62,076 nucleotides of DNA from an uncultured Erysipelotrichaceae bacterium (GTDB taxonomy: Bacteria; Bacillota_I; Bacilli_A; RFN20; CAG-826). Of the stretch, positions 1 to 10,829 are shown piece after piece. How positions within the stretch are numbered: position 1 is the stretch's first letter; each line of letters starts with the position of its first letter. The notes under the pieces were generated by a model. It saw only the letters and a list, made by a program, of their open reading frames with translations. It searched no databases and had not been told where the DNA came from. The position numbers and the translations under genes are program-made. The DNA lies in contig CADCFC010000001.1 in the NCBI GenBank assembly GCA_902800645.1, positions 188,907-250,982 of the forward strand. Reading direction: 5' to 3'.

Positions 1-231
1 TTCTTCTTCATCCTTATATTCTTCAACCGCTTTAGCGGTTTCATCATCTTCAATTGGTTTAAGTAGACGATCCATCTCTTCGTGAAGGATTTGTTCTTCA
101 CTTGGCTTATCGTCATGCTTTAAACGTGGTTTTAAATAAAGATAAATTAAGAACGCAACAACAGCGATAACAACTACCACTCCTAATATAATTAGGAATG
201 TCATTAATTCAGTAGAAATAGCTAATGTCAT
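1..231 (-). CDS. Small single-pass membrane protein with acidic tail (runs off window start)
   Basis: Manual translation from ATG at 231: MTLAISTELMTFLIILGVVVVIAVVAFLIYLYLKPRLKHDDKPSEEQILHEEMDRLLKPIEDDETAKAVEEYKDEEE...; starts 2 nt after the stop of the Fic-like gene; not in the ORF track. Confidence 0.7.
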   Translation of the reverse strand, partial: MTLAISTELMTFLIILGVVVVIAVVAFLIYLYLKPRLKHDDKPSEEQILHEEMDRLLKPIEDDETAKAVEEYKDEEE

Positions 232-233
232 AA

Positions 234-1676
234 TTATTGCCCTCTTTTTCTATCGACAGGAGTATAAACAAACTTCTTGCCGAATTCTTTTTTAACATAA
301 TAACCATATTCCACAAGTTTTTCCATAGAAGTTCTTGCGGTTTCATATACGCATTTGGTCGCTTTTTTATATTGATCAATCGTATAATAACAGCCTAATG
401 TACAGTGCCTAGCGTAGAAATACGCTTGCCCCTTCTTTAGACGGATATCTAATTCTAGTAAATGTTTTTCTAATCTAGAAGCGGTTTTTTCATCGAGTTC
501 CTCAGGAATATAATTGACCGCAAGTCCAGAAGGTCTATTTTCAATATCTTTTACTTCTTGAATAGGTTTTTCAATTTTTTCTTCCCTATTTTCTTCTACA
601 ACCGGAGTTTGTTGAATGACTTCCGTTGGAGTCTCTTCTCTTTCTTCTTTAACAGGTTCTACACTAGGAACGGTTTCTTCAACTTTTTCTTCATCCTCTT
701 TGAAGAAATCATTTTTAATGATTTGAGCAGAATATTCCGCGAGACTGTCTAAGAGTTTTTCAATTAAGTGCTCAAACGCTTCTAAGGCAAACGAAAGGAA
801 ATAAGTTACATCGGAAGTAAGTTGCACTTCATAGAACAAGCGATTAACTTCGTTGATGTTTTCGTTTAATAATGCTTCAAAAGGAATGAAGAACGCACAT
901 TCTCCATAATTATCATTCGCCAAGACCGACTTCATGAGTAATGTAGCGATTTCATCATTGTATTCTTTAAATGGTTTGACAAATTCTACATAGTAGAATG
1001 TAATAATCGCTCTATCGATGATATTTAAATCGGTTTTAGCAAGGAAAGCAAATAAAGCATCCATCATCGATTCAATAAGTTGATGAGGAGCACACTTATA
1101 TACACGAGAAATAACCGCGCTAGAATTGATGTCTTCAAAATCAACTTGTCGATAAAAAGAGGTTAATTCGGAGTTACCAGTTACCAAGCTATAAAGTTCA
1201 GCCAAATAATCAACATCGATCGGTCTAGAGTAATGTTTTTGAACAAATCTTAAAGCGTTAAGATAATTAACAAGGTGTCTTTCTGAGTTATCGCCATGAA
1301 TTGTATTGCGAATAAATTCTTCATCACACCTCAGGTTATTTTTTAAAGCGATATTTTGTAAACTCTTTATTAGATTTGATAATTCGAAATATTGAGCGTC
1401 GCCATTTACACTATCAAGTTTATTGTATTCATTTAATAAATGAATTAGTTTGTTTTGAGCGCTGTCAGCCTTCTTTTGTATGGTTGGACATAAACAAACT
1501 CTAAGTTGATTCTTATCTACTCCTTTAATCGAGAGATAATGATAAAAGCCAGAACGGTACGCTAAAATTTTAGCCCAGACTCCATCAATTAAACTTAAGT
1601 TTAGTTCTTTACTGACTTCTTTTTTTGTGGCGTAATTAACTTCTGTAAAACGGATTGCAAGATCATTATTCGACAT
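234..1676 (-). CDS. Fic/DOC-fold protein with degenerate active-site motif, acidic linker and probable C-terminal winged HTH
   Basis: FVKPFKEYNDEIATLL aligns to the Fic motif HPFxDGNGRxxR; C-terminal YTIDQYKKATKCVYETARTSMEKLVEYGY resembles the wHTH of Fic proteins. Confidence 0.7.
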   Translation of the reverse strand: MSNNDLAIRFTEVNYATKKEVSKELNLSLIDGVWAKILAYRSGFYHYLSIKGVDKNQLRVCLCPTIQKKADSAQNKLIHLLNEYNKLDSVNGDAQYFELSNLIKSLQNIALKNNLRCDEEFIRNTIHGDNSERHLVNYLNALRFVQKHYSRPIDVDYLAELYSLVTGNSELTSFYRQVDFEDINSSAVISRVYKCAPHQLIESMMDALFAFLAKTDLNIIDRAIITFYYVEFVKPFKEYNDEIATLLMKSVLANDNYGECAFFIPFEALLNENINEVNRLFYEVQLTSDVTYFLSFALEAFEHLIEKLLDSLAEYSAQIIKNDFFKEDEEKVEETVPSVEPVKEEREETPTEVIQQTPVVEENREEKIEKPIQEVKDIENRPSGLAVNYIPEELDEKTASRLEKHLLELDIRLKKGQAYFYARHCTLGCYYTIDQYKKATKCVYETARTSMEKLVEYGYYVKKEFGKKFVYTPVDRKRGQ

Positions 1677-1762
1677 AAAAAGTTTACCTCTTGTAAGTAT
1701 TATATTTTACATATGCTTGTTTTACAAGAGATAAACTAAAAATCTACTAATTTTCAACCAAT

Positions 1763-3580
1763 TTAATCGTCGTCTTCTTCATCGATTGAAAGAATTGACA
1801 TGAATGCTTCCTGTGGAACTTCAACAGATCCAACCTTTTTCATTCTCTTCTTTCCTTCTTTTTGCTTCTCTAAAAGCTTCTTTTTACGCGAAATATCTCC
1901 ACCATAGCATTTAGCTAAAACATCTTTCCTTACCGCTTTAACATCTACTCTAGCAATTATCTTGCCACCAATAGCGGCTTGAATTGGAATTTCAAATTGT
2001 TGACGAGGAATAACAGTTTTGATTCTTCTAATTATTCCTACACCTCGGTTATAAGCATGTTGTCTAAAGACAATGCTACTTAAAGCATCAACGACTTGGC
2101 CATTAAGGAGAACGTCCATCTTAATCAAATCATTTGGTTTATATGAGGATGGTTCGTAATCAAAAGAAGCATAGCCTTTTGTGCAGCTCTTTAATTTATC
2201 AAAGAAATTGTAAACAATTTCAGATAATGGTAATTCATAAACAAGTATCATTCTAGTGTCGTCAAAATATTGAAGATCTAAATAGATACCTCTTTTCTCT
2301 TGGCAAAGTTCCATAATTGGGCCGACATATTCTTTTGGAGTCATAATGTTAGCTTTAACATAAGGCTCTTCAATAGATTTAATCTTTGAAGAATCTGGAA
2401 GTTTAGATGGGTTATCGATATTAATCATTTCTCCACTAGTGAGATAAACATGATAGATAACTGATGGAGCAGTAAGAATTAAATCGATGTTATATTCTCT
2501 TTCTAATCTCTCTTGGATGACATCCATGTGTAATAAGCCTAAAAAACCACATCTAAAGCCAAATCCTAAGGCTTGAGAAGTCTCTGGAACGAATTGTAAC
2601 GAAGCATCATTTAGAGATAATTTCTCTAAAGCTTCTTTTAAATCTTGATAATCATCGCTATCGACAGGATATAAACCACAATAGACCATTGGATTAATAT
2701 CTCGATATCCAGGGAGCGCTTTTTCCGCTGGACGAACTGCGCTAGTCACAGTGTCGCCAGGTCTAACATCTTTGATGTCTTTTATCTGTGCGCATATATA
2801 TCCGACTTGTCCACACTTTAACTCTGTTAATTTAATTTCTTGAGGAGTTCTAATTCCTAATTCAGTAATAAAGTAATCTTTATTAGACTGCATAAGTTTG
2901 ATATGATCTCCGACTTTAACACCGCCTTCTTTAATTCTCACCATGATAACTACTCCACGATAAGAATCGTAGAAGCTATCGAAGATAAGTGCTTTTAAAG
3001 GAGCGCTTGGATCTCCACTAGGAGCAGGGACGTTTTTAACAATTCCTTCGAGTAATTCATGAATGTGATAACCGGTTTTAGCACTAACTTCCACCGCTTC
3101 ATCACTAGGAATGCCAATACGTTTTTCTATTTCTTCTTTTGCCCATTCAGGCATTGCTGATGGTAAATCAACTTTGTTGATAACAGGTAAAATCTCCAAA
3201 TTATTGTCTATTGCTAAATATACATTGGCAAGGGTTTGAGCCTCAACTCCTTGAGTGGCGTCCACTACTAAAACCGCACCTTCACAAGCCGCCAAAGAAC
3301 GAGACACTTCATAAGTGAAATCGACGTGGCCTGGAGTGTCGATTAAATTGAAAACATAGGTGTTACCATCATCACTTTTGTAGGATAATGTAACCGCGTT
3401 CAACTTAATGGTAATTCCTCTTTCTCTTTCAAGGTCCATTGAGTCAAGGATTTGATCTTTCATTTCTCTTTCAGAAATTGCGCCAGTCATTTCTAAAATA
3501 CGATCTGCAAGTGTACTCTTGCCGTGATCGATGTGGGCAATTATTGAGAAATTTCTAAGATATTTTTGATCAAAATCCAT
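1763..3580 (-). CDS. lepA: Translation elongation factor 4 (LepA)
   Basis: [52 protein letters not shown]. Confidence 0.99.
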   Translation of the reverse strand: MDFDQKYLRNFSIIAHIDHGKSTLADRILEMTGAISEREMKDQILDSMDLERERGITIKLNAVTLSYKSDDGNTYVFNLIDTPGHVDFTYEVSRSLAACEGAVLVVDATQGVEAQTLANVYLAIDNNLEILPVINKVDLPSAMPEWAKEEIEKRIGIPSDEAVEVSAKTGYHIHELLEGIVKNVPAPSGDPSAPLKALIFDSFYDSYRGVVIMVRIKEGGVKVGDHIKLMQSNKDYFITELGIRTPQEIKLTELKCGQVGYICAQIKDIKDVRPGDTVTSAVRPAEKALPGYRDINPMVYCGLYPVDSDDYQDLKEALEKLSLNDASLQFVPETSQALGFGFRCGFLGLLHMDVIQERLEREYNIDLILTAPSVIYHVYLTSGEMINIDNPSKLPDSSKIKSIEEPYVKANIMTPKEYVGPIMELCQEKRGIYLDLQYFDDTRMILVYELPLSEIVYNFFDKLKSCTKGYASFDYEPSSYKPNDLIKMDVLLNGQVVDALSSIVFRQHAYNRGVGIIRRIKTVIPRQQFEIPIQAAIGGKIIARVDVKAVRKDVLAKCYGGDISRKKKLLEKQKEGKKRMKKVGSVEVPQEAFMSILSIDEEDDD

Positions 3581-3606
3581 AATTCTAGAGCATTATAACA
3601 TTTATG

Positions 3607-5949
3607 TTAATTTTTGAAAAACTTTTGTAAACTATCACGAATATCTTCTTCATTTACCACTACTTCATAGTTATCCCATTCTTTTTTAAAAAGAATTTTA
3701 TAATCATTCCACATATATCTTTCATCTATAAGTAGAGCAGCGCCTCTATCGGTTTCGCTTCTAATTAATCTTCCAACCGCTTGCATTACTTTATTCATGC
3801 CTGGATATGTATATGCGTAATTAAAGCCATTAATTTCGTTTTTCTTGTAATATTCCACTACTTCGTTACTTTCAAAATTAATCTTTGGTAGACCAATTCC
3901 TACTATGACTACTCCAATTAAAGAATCACCGACAAGGTCTATACCTTCTCCGAAAGCACCACCGATGATTGCTAGTCCAACTACCGTTTTTCTATTTTTC
4001 TTTTTGAAGGAAGAAATGAACTCTTCTTTTTCGCTTTCACTCATCTCTTTGTTTTGAATATGTACATCAACGTTTTTTGGAAATTCTATAACCTTTAGAA
4101 GGTTATCTAAATACTCGTATGATGGTAAGTAGATAAAATAATTACCTTTCTTAGCGTTTATAAATGCGAGTATATAATTAGCGACATCTTGATAAGTCTT
4201 GTCTCTATTTTTATATCGCGTAGATATTTTAGGAGCGATAAGTAGTTTCAAATTCTCTTTTGGGAACGGAGAATTTAAAGACAAAGAAGGAGAATTAGTT
4301 TTATCTCCACCAAGTAGATCAATGTAATAATCTATCGGAGATAACGTTGCAGAAAACATTACCGAAGAATTGACCATTCGATTTTTCTCTTTGATGAATC
4401 TTGAAGCATCTAAACAATAAAACTTAAGGATTAAATCAGTTTCGCTTTTATCAATATAAATAAGGTATCTTTCTGAAATTAATTCAGAAATCTTCAAGAA
4501 TTTATTAACTTCAATAAAAAGTTCTGTGAGCTCTTTACTTACATCTTTATTATTTTCTTTGTTCACTTCTTGATAAACAGTTACAAAGCGATTGATGATT
4601 TTATATCCTTCTTCACTTAGATCATCTATCTTTGTTTGACCATATTCTAAAGAGGAATCATATTCATCAAACATCTTTCCAATTTTCGCTAAGATGTTTT
4701 TGATCTTTTTATTAGAGATATGCCTCTGCGCTTTTTTTGCCTTTTCTAAAGTTGATTTTTTAAGTTCGGCGCTAAACATATCTTTGGAGCGTTCTACTAA
4801 GTTATGTGCCTCATCAACTAGAACTATATGATGAGTACTATCTTCATCAAAATATCTTTTAAGATACGCAGTTGGGTCATAAACGTAATTATAATCGCAA
4901 ATAATAATATCGGAATATAAAGACAAATCGAGTTCTAACTCAAATGGACAAATCGAGTGTTTATTAGCGATAGAGACAATAGTCTCATTATCAAAATCCT
5001 CATATCTAATAAGTGATTCTTTAATCACGTCTTTAATCTTGTTGTAATATCCCTTTGCGTAAATGCATTCATCAGGATTACACGCTTTATCTTTGCAGAA
5101 GCAAATCTTTTCTTTGCTCATTAAGATAACGCTAGAAATTGTTAAACCATTTCTTCTTAATATCTCTAAAGCATTATGAGCGTTTTCTTTTCCAGTCGCT
5201 TTAGCGGTCAAGTAAAAGATTTTCGTTTTATCATCTTCAAGTAGATACTTAATCGAAGGGTATATAGTAGACATAGTCTTACCTATACCAGTTGGAGCTT
5301 CAATAAATAAACTATTGCTATTTTTATGCGCTCCATAGACGTATTTAGTAAGTTCATATTGCCCATCTCTAAAATTATCAAAAGGAAACTCCAAGGACTT
5401 AATCGATTCGTCTCTTTCTTCTTGAAGTCTTAATACAACGTTATAAAACTCTAGATATTTTTCAATCAAATCATAAACATAGTTTTCTAACTCTTTTGTT
5501 ATATAAGTATAGTTTTCGATCAGCTTTTCACTTTCTTTACCTTGACGGATATAAGTTAATCTCACTCCGATATGATCTAAACCTAAGGCATAAGCGAACA
5601 TATATGCATAGCATTTGGCTTGGCCGAGATGCCACTCAAGGTTTTCATCTCTAAATTCTTTTAAGCTAATAGCTGTAGTTTTGATTTCATCAATAATGTA
5701 TTCTTTATCACTCTTTTTGATAATTCCATCTGCTCGACCTTGAATAGTGACTTCAATTTCATTAACAACAAATGACTGTTTAAGAGGATATTCAGATATG
5801 TAATTAGTGCCTTGTTTAGCTTGATAAATACCGTGGAGTCTAGTTCCTTCGGTTTGAGAAGAACGATTAAAAACGCGATTATCAATATCGCCTTTTCTTA
5901 AAAGAAAGTCCACTAATTGGTGGACGCTTAATTCTAATTTAACATTCAT
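3607..5949 (-). CDS. Rad3/XPD/DinG-family Fe-S DNA helicase with N-terminal PD-(D/E)xK nuclease domain
   Basis: GRADGI...IDEIKT...QAKCYA nuclease motifs; EAPTGIGKT, DEAH, SATL, QAVGRLIR; Fe-S cysteines ICFC..CNPDEC..CPF. Confidence 0.9.
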   Translation of the reverse strand: MNVKLELSVHQLVDFLLRKGDIDNRVFNRSSQTEGTRLHGIYQAKQGTNYISEYPLKQSFVVNEIEVTIQGRADGIIKKSDKEYIIDEIKTTAISLKEFRDENLEWHLGQAKCYAYMFAYALGLDHIGVRLTYIRQGKESEKLIENYTYITKELENYVYDLIEKYLEFYNVVLRLQEERDESIKSLEFPFDNFRDGQYELTKYVYGAHKNSNSLFIEAPTGIGKTMSTIYPSIKYLLEDDKTKIFYLTAKATGKENAHNALEILRRNGLTISSVILMSKEKICFCKDKACNPDECIYAKGYYNKIKDVIKESLIRYEDFDNETIVSIANKHSICPFELELDLSLYSDIIICDYNYVYDPTAYLKRYFDEDSTHHIVLVDEAHNLVERSKDMFSAELKKSTLEKAKKAQRHISNKKIKNILAKIGKMFDEYDSSLEYGQTKIDDLSEEGYKIINRFVTVYQEVNKENNKDVSKELTELFIEVNKFLKISELISERYLIYIDKSETDLILKFYCLDASRFIKEKNRMVNSSVMFSATLSPIDYYIDLLGGDKTNSPSLSLNSPFPKENLKLLIAPKISTRYKNRDKTYQDVANYILAFINAKKGNYFIYLPSYEYLDNLLKVIEFPKNVDVHIQNKEMSESEKEEFISSFKKKNRKTVVGLAIIGGAFGEGIDLVGDSLIGVVIVGIGLPKINFESNEVVEYYKKNEINGFNYAYTYPGMNKVMQAVGRLIRSETDRGAALLIDERYMWNDYKILFKKEWDNYEVVVNEEDIRDSLQKFFKN

Positions 5950-5950
5950 C

Positions 5951-6889
5951 TTATTTTAGGATTTGCCCAACTAGACCTTGATTGCCGTTTATAAAAGACT
6001 TATAGTCCATTCTTCCCTTTCCTTCTTTTTGAAGTTCGAGAAGAGATAATAATCCATTAGAAAGTTGGAGATATAATCCACCTTTATCCGCTTTAACGAT
6101 TTCACCGATTTGACCAATGATCTCATCAGAGACAATTTTTGATTTATAAATTTTTAATTTAAGATTGTCTAAAAATAAATAAGCACCGGGAACATCGCTT
6201 AACGCTCTGATTTGACCAAACACTTCCTCTTTTGATTTAGACAAATCAATTTTTTCTTCTTCTGGTTTAATACTTGGGGCGAAAGTCACAAGCGATTCAT
6301 CTTGTGGAACGCCTTTTAATTCGCCAGCAAGATATAAAGGAAGGGCGCGTTTAGCTAAAGATAAAGCTGCGTCCCCCATTTTGATAAACAAAGAGGTTGA
6401 ATTATCTTCTTCGCTTATCTCCACTTCTTCATTCATATACATTTCTCCAGCATCCATCTCTTTAACCATTTTCATTAAAGTCATACCGGTTTTCTTTTCA
6501 TTGTTAAGTAAAGCGTATTGAATAGGAGCGGCTCCACGATATTTTGGTAGTAAACTACCATGAAGATTGATACACCCTAAAGTAGGAATATCCAATAATC
6601 CTTGAGGAACAATTTGTCCATAAGCTAAAGTCAAAATTAAATCTGGGCGTAGTTCACTAACGAACTCATATTCTTTTCTAATCTTTAATGGTTGATAAAC
6701 AGGAATATTATATTTTTCCGCAACTACTTTAGTAGGAACAGGAACTAAAACTTTTTTTCTTCCAACCGGACGATCAGGTTGAGCGATAAGAGCGATGATA
6801 TTATATCCATCTAAAATAAGCCCTTCTAAAACTTTGGAAGAGATCTCCGGAGTTCCCATAAATATAATTCTTGCTTGTTTCTTGTCCAT
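5951..6889 (-). CDS. fmt: Methionyl-tRNA formyltransferase
   Basis: IIFMGTP, QPDRPVGR, NLHGSLLPKYRGAAPIQ. Confidence 0.97.
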   Translation of the reverse strand: MDKKQARIIFMGTPEISSKVLEGLILDGYNIIALIAQPDRPVGRKKVLVPVPTKVVAEKYNIPVYQPLKIRKEYEFVSELRPDLILTLAYGQIVPQGLLDIPTLGCINLHGSLLPKYRGAAPIQYALLNNEKKTGMTLMKMVKEMDAGEMYMNEEVEISEEDNSTSLFIKMGDAALSLAKRALPLYLAGELKGVPQDESLVTFAPSIKPEEEKIDLSKSKEEVFGQIRALSDVPGAYLFLDNLKLKIYKSKIVSDEIIGQIGEIVKADKGGLYLQLSNGLLSLLELQKEGKGRMDYKSFINGNQGLVGQILK

Positions 6890-6967
6890 ATATCTTTGAT
6901 ATACCTAAGATATTATACGTGCTTTCATTAACTATCTCAAAGCAAAATAATATATTATTGTTTTGTT

Positions 6968-7426
6968 ATGAAATTTCTTCTTGTTAGTGATTCTCACGGA
7001 AATGATCAAATTCTTAGAGATTTAGTCGAACAATATCCAAACATGGATTATTACCTCCACGCTGGAGATAGTCAAAGTTCCTCTATGGCTATATATCCTT
7101 TTGATTCAGTCGAAGGAAATTGTGATTTTTATAACTTTGATCGCTGTAGAAGAATTAATACTCCTAGAGGTTATTTATTCATGAAACATTTTCCAAATAT
7201 GAGTAATAAAGAAAAAGAAGGTGTTTCAATTTTTGTCTACGGTCACACTCATAGATACAAAGTATTTGTTGAGGACAACATCATTAACATCTGTCCTGGT
7301 TCTCTCTCTAGACCGAGAGATGATAGCAACGGAAGTTATGCAATCCTTGAAGTAAATGAGGATAAAATCAAGGTAGTTATCATAGATATCGAAACAAAAA
7401 ACATTCTCGAATGTATGGAATTATAG
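6968..7426 (+). CDS. YfcE/YsnB-family metallophosphoesterase
   Basis: SDSHG, HAGD, GNCD, GHTH, PGSLSRPR. Confidence 0.9.
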   Translation: MKFLLVSDSHGNDQILRDLVEQYPNMDYYLHAGDSQSSSMAIYPFDSVEGNCDFYNFDRCRRINTPRGYLFMKHFPNMSNKEKEGVSIFVYGHTHRYKVFVEDNIINICPGSLSRPRDDSNGSYAILEVNEDKIKVVIIDIETKNILECMEL

Positions 7427-7466
7427 TAAAATGATTAAGTTTGAAAGAAAGTTGGTATAAAACACT

Positions 7467-9467
7467 ATGTATCCTGAATATAACAAAGTTAAAGCCAAAT
7501 GTGAGGAAGCAAATCTTCTTTTTGAAACATCAAGAACAATGGAAGACATCTTTTTCCTTTCTACTAAAAGAAACGAAAAAAGAATCGCTGTCACTTACGT
7601 TGACCAAAAAGGAAAGAATAAGAAATATAAATATTCTTTATTCAGAAAACACGCATTTGAAATCGCTTCAATTCTCGCGAATTTCATGATTCAACAACCA
7701 AAAAATGTTCCAATCGTTTTAAAAGCCGCAAATAGTCCACACTGGGGAGAAATATTCTGGGCAATCTTAATGTGTGGTTATAAACCATTATTAGTGGACG
7801 CAAGAACTTCTAAAGAAGGAACAGAAAATTTAATCGCTCAAGGTAAAGCAGTTGCAATCATCACTGATGACAACTACACATATAACGTTCCAAAATTCTC
7901 ATTAAAAGATATTCTCGAAGAGAAACACAGTTATGATTTTGCTCCTAATTGGGAGAATGAAGTCATCTTCTGTTCAAGTGGAACAACTGGTAACGTTAAG
8001 TTAATGGTGTTTAACGGAGAAAACCTCTGTAACCAAATTGCTGCAGCGTTAGACTTCCAAGAAACAAGTAAAACATTGCTCTATCCAAAATCAATGGGTG
8101 AATTAAGAGTCATGGCAATGATTCCTTTCCACCACATCTTTGGATTTATCGCTACCTTCTTATGGTATTTCTATTTCGGTGCCAACTTTGTATTCGTTAG
8201 ATCTTTAGCGCCTACTGAAGTTCAAACCACCGCTCAAAAATTCAAAGTCACCCACGTCTTCTCAGTCCCATTATTCTGGGATTCAGTTGCTCAAGGTTTA
8301 GAAAGAAAAAGAGCGTTAGAAACACCAGCAAAGCAGCAATTAATAGATAAGTTAATCGGATATAACACCGGTAAGATTACAAGAGAAGAAGCCGGACCTT
8401 ATAAAGCGGTTCAAAGCGTTATTCAATCTAACTTACTTGGAAAGCACATCAAATTCTGTATTTCCGGTGGCGGATATCTCGATAGCAAAACTCAAACAGT
8501 TATCAATGGTATTGGTTATCCATTATATAATGGATATGGTATGACCGAAATCGGCATTACTTCTGTTGAACTATCTCCTGAGGTCGAATTAAGACTTAAA
8601 GGTAGCATCGGAGTTCCTTTCCATGGAGTATCCTACAAAATCAAACCAACCAACAAGAAAAACCCAAATACTGGTGAGCTCTTTGTTAAATCAAAAATCA
8701 CCCATATTAGAGAGATTATTGGTGGAGAAGAAAGAGAAACCGTTCTTGATGAAGATGGATATTTCGCAACTGGTGATATCGCTGAAGTTGATCCAACCAA
8801 TAGATATTACTTAAAAGGTAGAATTAAAGACGTCATCATTAACGCTGACGGAGAAAACATATTCCCAGACGAACTTGAAATCTTCTTCAAAGGTCTTAAG
8901 CACGTACAAAACGTATGTGTGCTTGGAATTGATCAAAAGGGTTCTAAAAATCAAAAAGTTGTTTGTGCAGTTGAAATCAATAACTCTGCAAGTGAGCAAG
9001 AATTAGAAGAACTCAAAGAAAAGATGAGAAAGATTGGTCAAGACCTTCCTAAAGGAACAAAGATTACAGACTTCTATTTCTGTAGAAAGAAACTCCCAAT
9101 CGCTAATAATATGAAAGTTAAGAGATTCGTTGTTAAAAACGGTATTGAATCTCAATCAGGTGATTACATTTCCTTCGACTACAAGAAGGAAAAGAAATCC
9201 ACTCGTAACTTCGATCAAAAGACAGTCACAGAAGTATTAGAACCAATGAGAGCAATCTTCTCTAAGATTCTTATTCTTCCATCATTCAAAATCGATGATG
9301 ACGGACATTGGGTTGACGACTTAGGTGGAGACTCAATGAGTTATGTAGAACTCATCACTAATGTACAAGACCATTTCGGAGTTACTATTCCTGAAGAGTT
9401 ATATGGAAAATTAGCAACTCTCAATGATTTCGTTGAAGAAGTCGCTAAACTTAGAGGCAAAAAATAA
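7467..9467 (+). CDS. Long-chain acyl-adenylate ligase (AMP-binding) fused to a C-terminal acyl carrier protein domain
   Basis: SSGTTGNVK, GYGMTE, ATGD, GRIKD adenylation motifs; C-terminal DLGGDSM phosphopantetheine attachment motif. Confidence 0.88.
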   Translation: MYPEYNKVKAKCEEANLLFETSRTMEDIFFLSTKRNEKRIAVTYVDQKGKNKKYKYSLFRKHAFEIASILANFMIQQPKNVPIVLKAANSPHWGEIFWAILMCGYKPLLVDARTSKEGTENLIAQGKAVAIITDDNYTYNVPKFSLKDILEEKHSYDFAPNWENEVIFCSSGTTGNVKLMVFNGENLCNQIAAALDFQETSKTLLYPKSMGELRVMAMIPFHHIFGFIATFLWYFYFGANFVFVRSLAPTEVQTTAQKFKVTHVFSVPLFWDSVAQGLERKRALETPAKQQLIDKLIGYNTGKITREEAGPYKAVQSVIQSNLLGKHIKFCISGGGYLDSKTQTVINGIGYPLYNGYGMTEIGITSVELSPEVELRLKGSIGVPFHGVSYKIKPTNKKNPNTGELFVKSKITHIREIIGGEERETVLDEDGYFATGDIAEVDPTNRYYLKGRIKDVIINADGENIFPDELEIFFKGLKHVQNVCVLGIDQKGSKNQKVVCAVEINNSASEQELEELKEKMRKIGQDLPKGTKITDFYFCRKKLPIANNMKVKRFVVKNGIESQSGDYISFDYKKEKKSTRNFDQKTVTEVLEPMRAIFSKILILPSFKIDDDGHWVDDLGGDSMSYVELITNVQDHFGVTIPEELYGKLATLNDFVEEVAKLRGKK

Positions 9468-9542
9468 TAACAAATTATATTTGCATTATTTGAACGCATT
9501 TAGTATTATTATCGCTGACGCAAAAAAGAGGTAAATAAATTT

Positions 9543-9806
9543 ATGGCAAACATCAAATCACAAATTAAACGTAACAGAACTAACGAACTCGCTAGAGAAA
9601 GAAACAAAGCTGCTAAGAGTGCAATTCGTACTTCTATGAAGAAAGTTAAAGTTGCAGTTGAAGCAAAAGATTTAGCGAACGCTGAAAAACTCTTATTAGA
9701 AGCTTTCAGATTAATCGACAAATCAGTTTCTGATGGTGTTCAACATCAAAATACAGCTAGCAGACAAAAAGGTTCACTCCAACGTTTAGTCAACAGCTTA
9801 AAATAA
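9543..9806 (+). CDS. rpsT: 30S ribosomal protein S20
   Basis: MANIKSQIKRNRTNE...RNKAAKSAIRT...H.NTASR. Confidence 0.98.
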   Translation: MANIKSQIKRNRTNELARERNKAAKSAIRTSMKKVKVAVEAKDLANAEKLLLEAFRLIDKSVSDGVQHQNTASRQKGSLQRLVNSLK

Positions 9807-9816
9807 TTTATTTTAA

Positions 9817-10800
9817 TTATTGCGTTTTAAATTTTAAGATAAACATCTCAAAAGCATAATGGCGGTCAACTTGACCGCTTTTTATGTCGAGATCTAACTG
9901 ATATAAGTCATCAAGAGTATTGTGTATTGTTTTTTCAGAAATCATTGGTAAGAGTTTAGAAAGGATATAGACTCTTCCTGGTTTTATTTTAAGTTCACTA
10001 GCAATATCTTCTTTGCTCATTCTTTTTCTAGATAAATAAGCAACTTCATTGAGTAATCTAAATTGATTAGCGAGTTGACTAATCAAAGTTACAGGTTCAA
10101 CGTTTTTCACTCTTAAATCTTTAAAGAGTTCCACTGCTTCTGCATTCTTCCCATCTAAAAGCATATTAAATAAAAGGAATGCATTATCTTCAAGTGGCTT
10201 AGCCACCATTAATGTTACGTCTTTATAACGGATATGATCTGTATATAATGTTAAAACATTAATTGCGTTAATAAATAAGCCAACATCTCCATTAGTGCGG
10301 TTAGTTAATTCCATAATCGCATCGCGGTCAATTGTGATTCCTTTTTTACTAACATAGGCTTTAACATATTCGTTCCAGCTCTTTTCATCTGGGTCAGCAA
10401 TCGCGATTGTTTTTCCTTTTTCTTTAATCGCTTTTACAATTGGATTTTTTTCGTCGATTGAAGAAGATGTAACGGAAAGGATAAACAAGGTTTCTTCTAT
10501 TCCACCGCTTGAAACAAAATTAAGTAAGTCATCATAGTTTTGATCACTATCAATTTTATTTTTTGGTTTTGGTTTTAATAAAAAATAGCAATTTTCTAAA
10601 GAGACGACTTTCTTTTCATATCCGAGAGCAACATATTGGCATTCATCCACTGCGTCTTGAACGAGAAAGTTATTACCATCAAGTTTAACAAAGTTAAGGT
10701 CATCCGCTTTTTCTCCATCAAGAAAAGCTTCTCCAATCTTTTTGATTTGAGATTTAACTGTTGGACCTTGATTGCCGTAAACGAAATAAATCATGCACAT
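9817..10800 (-). CDS. holA: DNA polymerase III delta subunit
   Basis: IYFVYG N-terminus, LYQLDLDIKSG C-terminus, conserved comEC-holA-rpsT synteny; true start may be the second ATG (10794). Confidence 0.9.
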   Translation of the reverse strand: MCMIYFVYGNQGPTVKSQIKKIGEAFLDGEKADDLNFVKLDGNNFLVQDAVDECQYVALGYEKKVVSLENCYFLLKPKPKNKIDSDQNYDDLLNFVSSGGIEETLFILSVTSSSIDEKNPIVKAIKEKGKTIAIADPDEKSWNEYVKAYVSKKGITIDRDAIMELTNRTNGDVGLFINAINVLTLYTDHIRYKDVTLMVAKPLEDNAFLLFNMLLDGKNAEAVELFKDLRVKNVEPVTLISQLANQFRLLNEVAYLSRKRMSKEDIASELKIKPGRVYILSKLLPMISEKTIHNTLDDLYQLDLDIKSGQVDRHYAFEMFILKFKTQ

Positions 10801-10829
10801 ATATTATAGTCTTTTTGGCAGTTATTCTG

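Noticed and set aside
9509-9721. 70-aa minus-strand ORF
   Set aside because: Antisense shadow of rpsT
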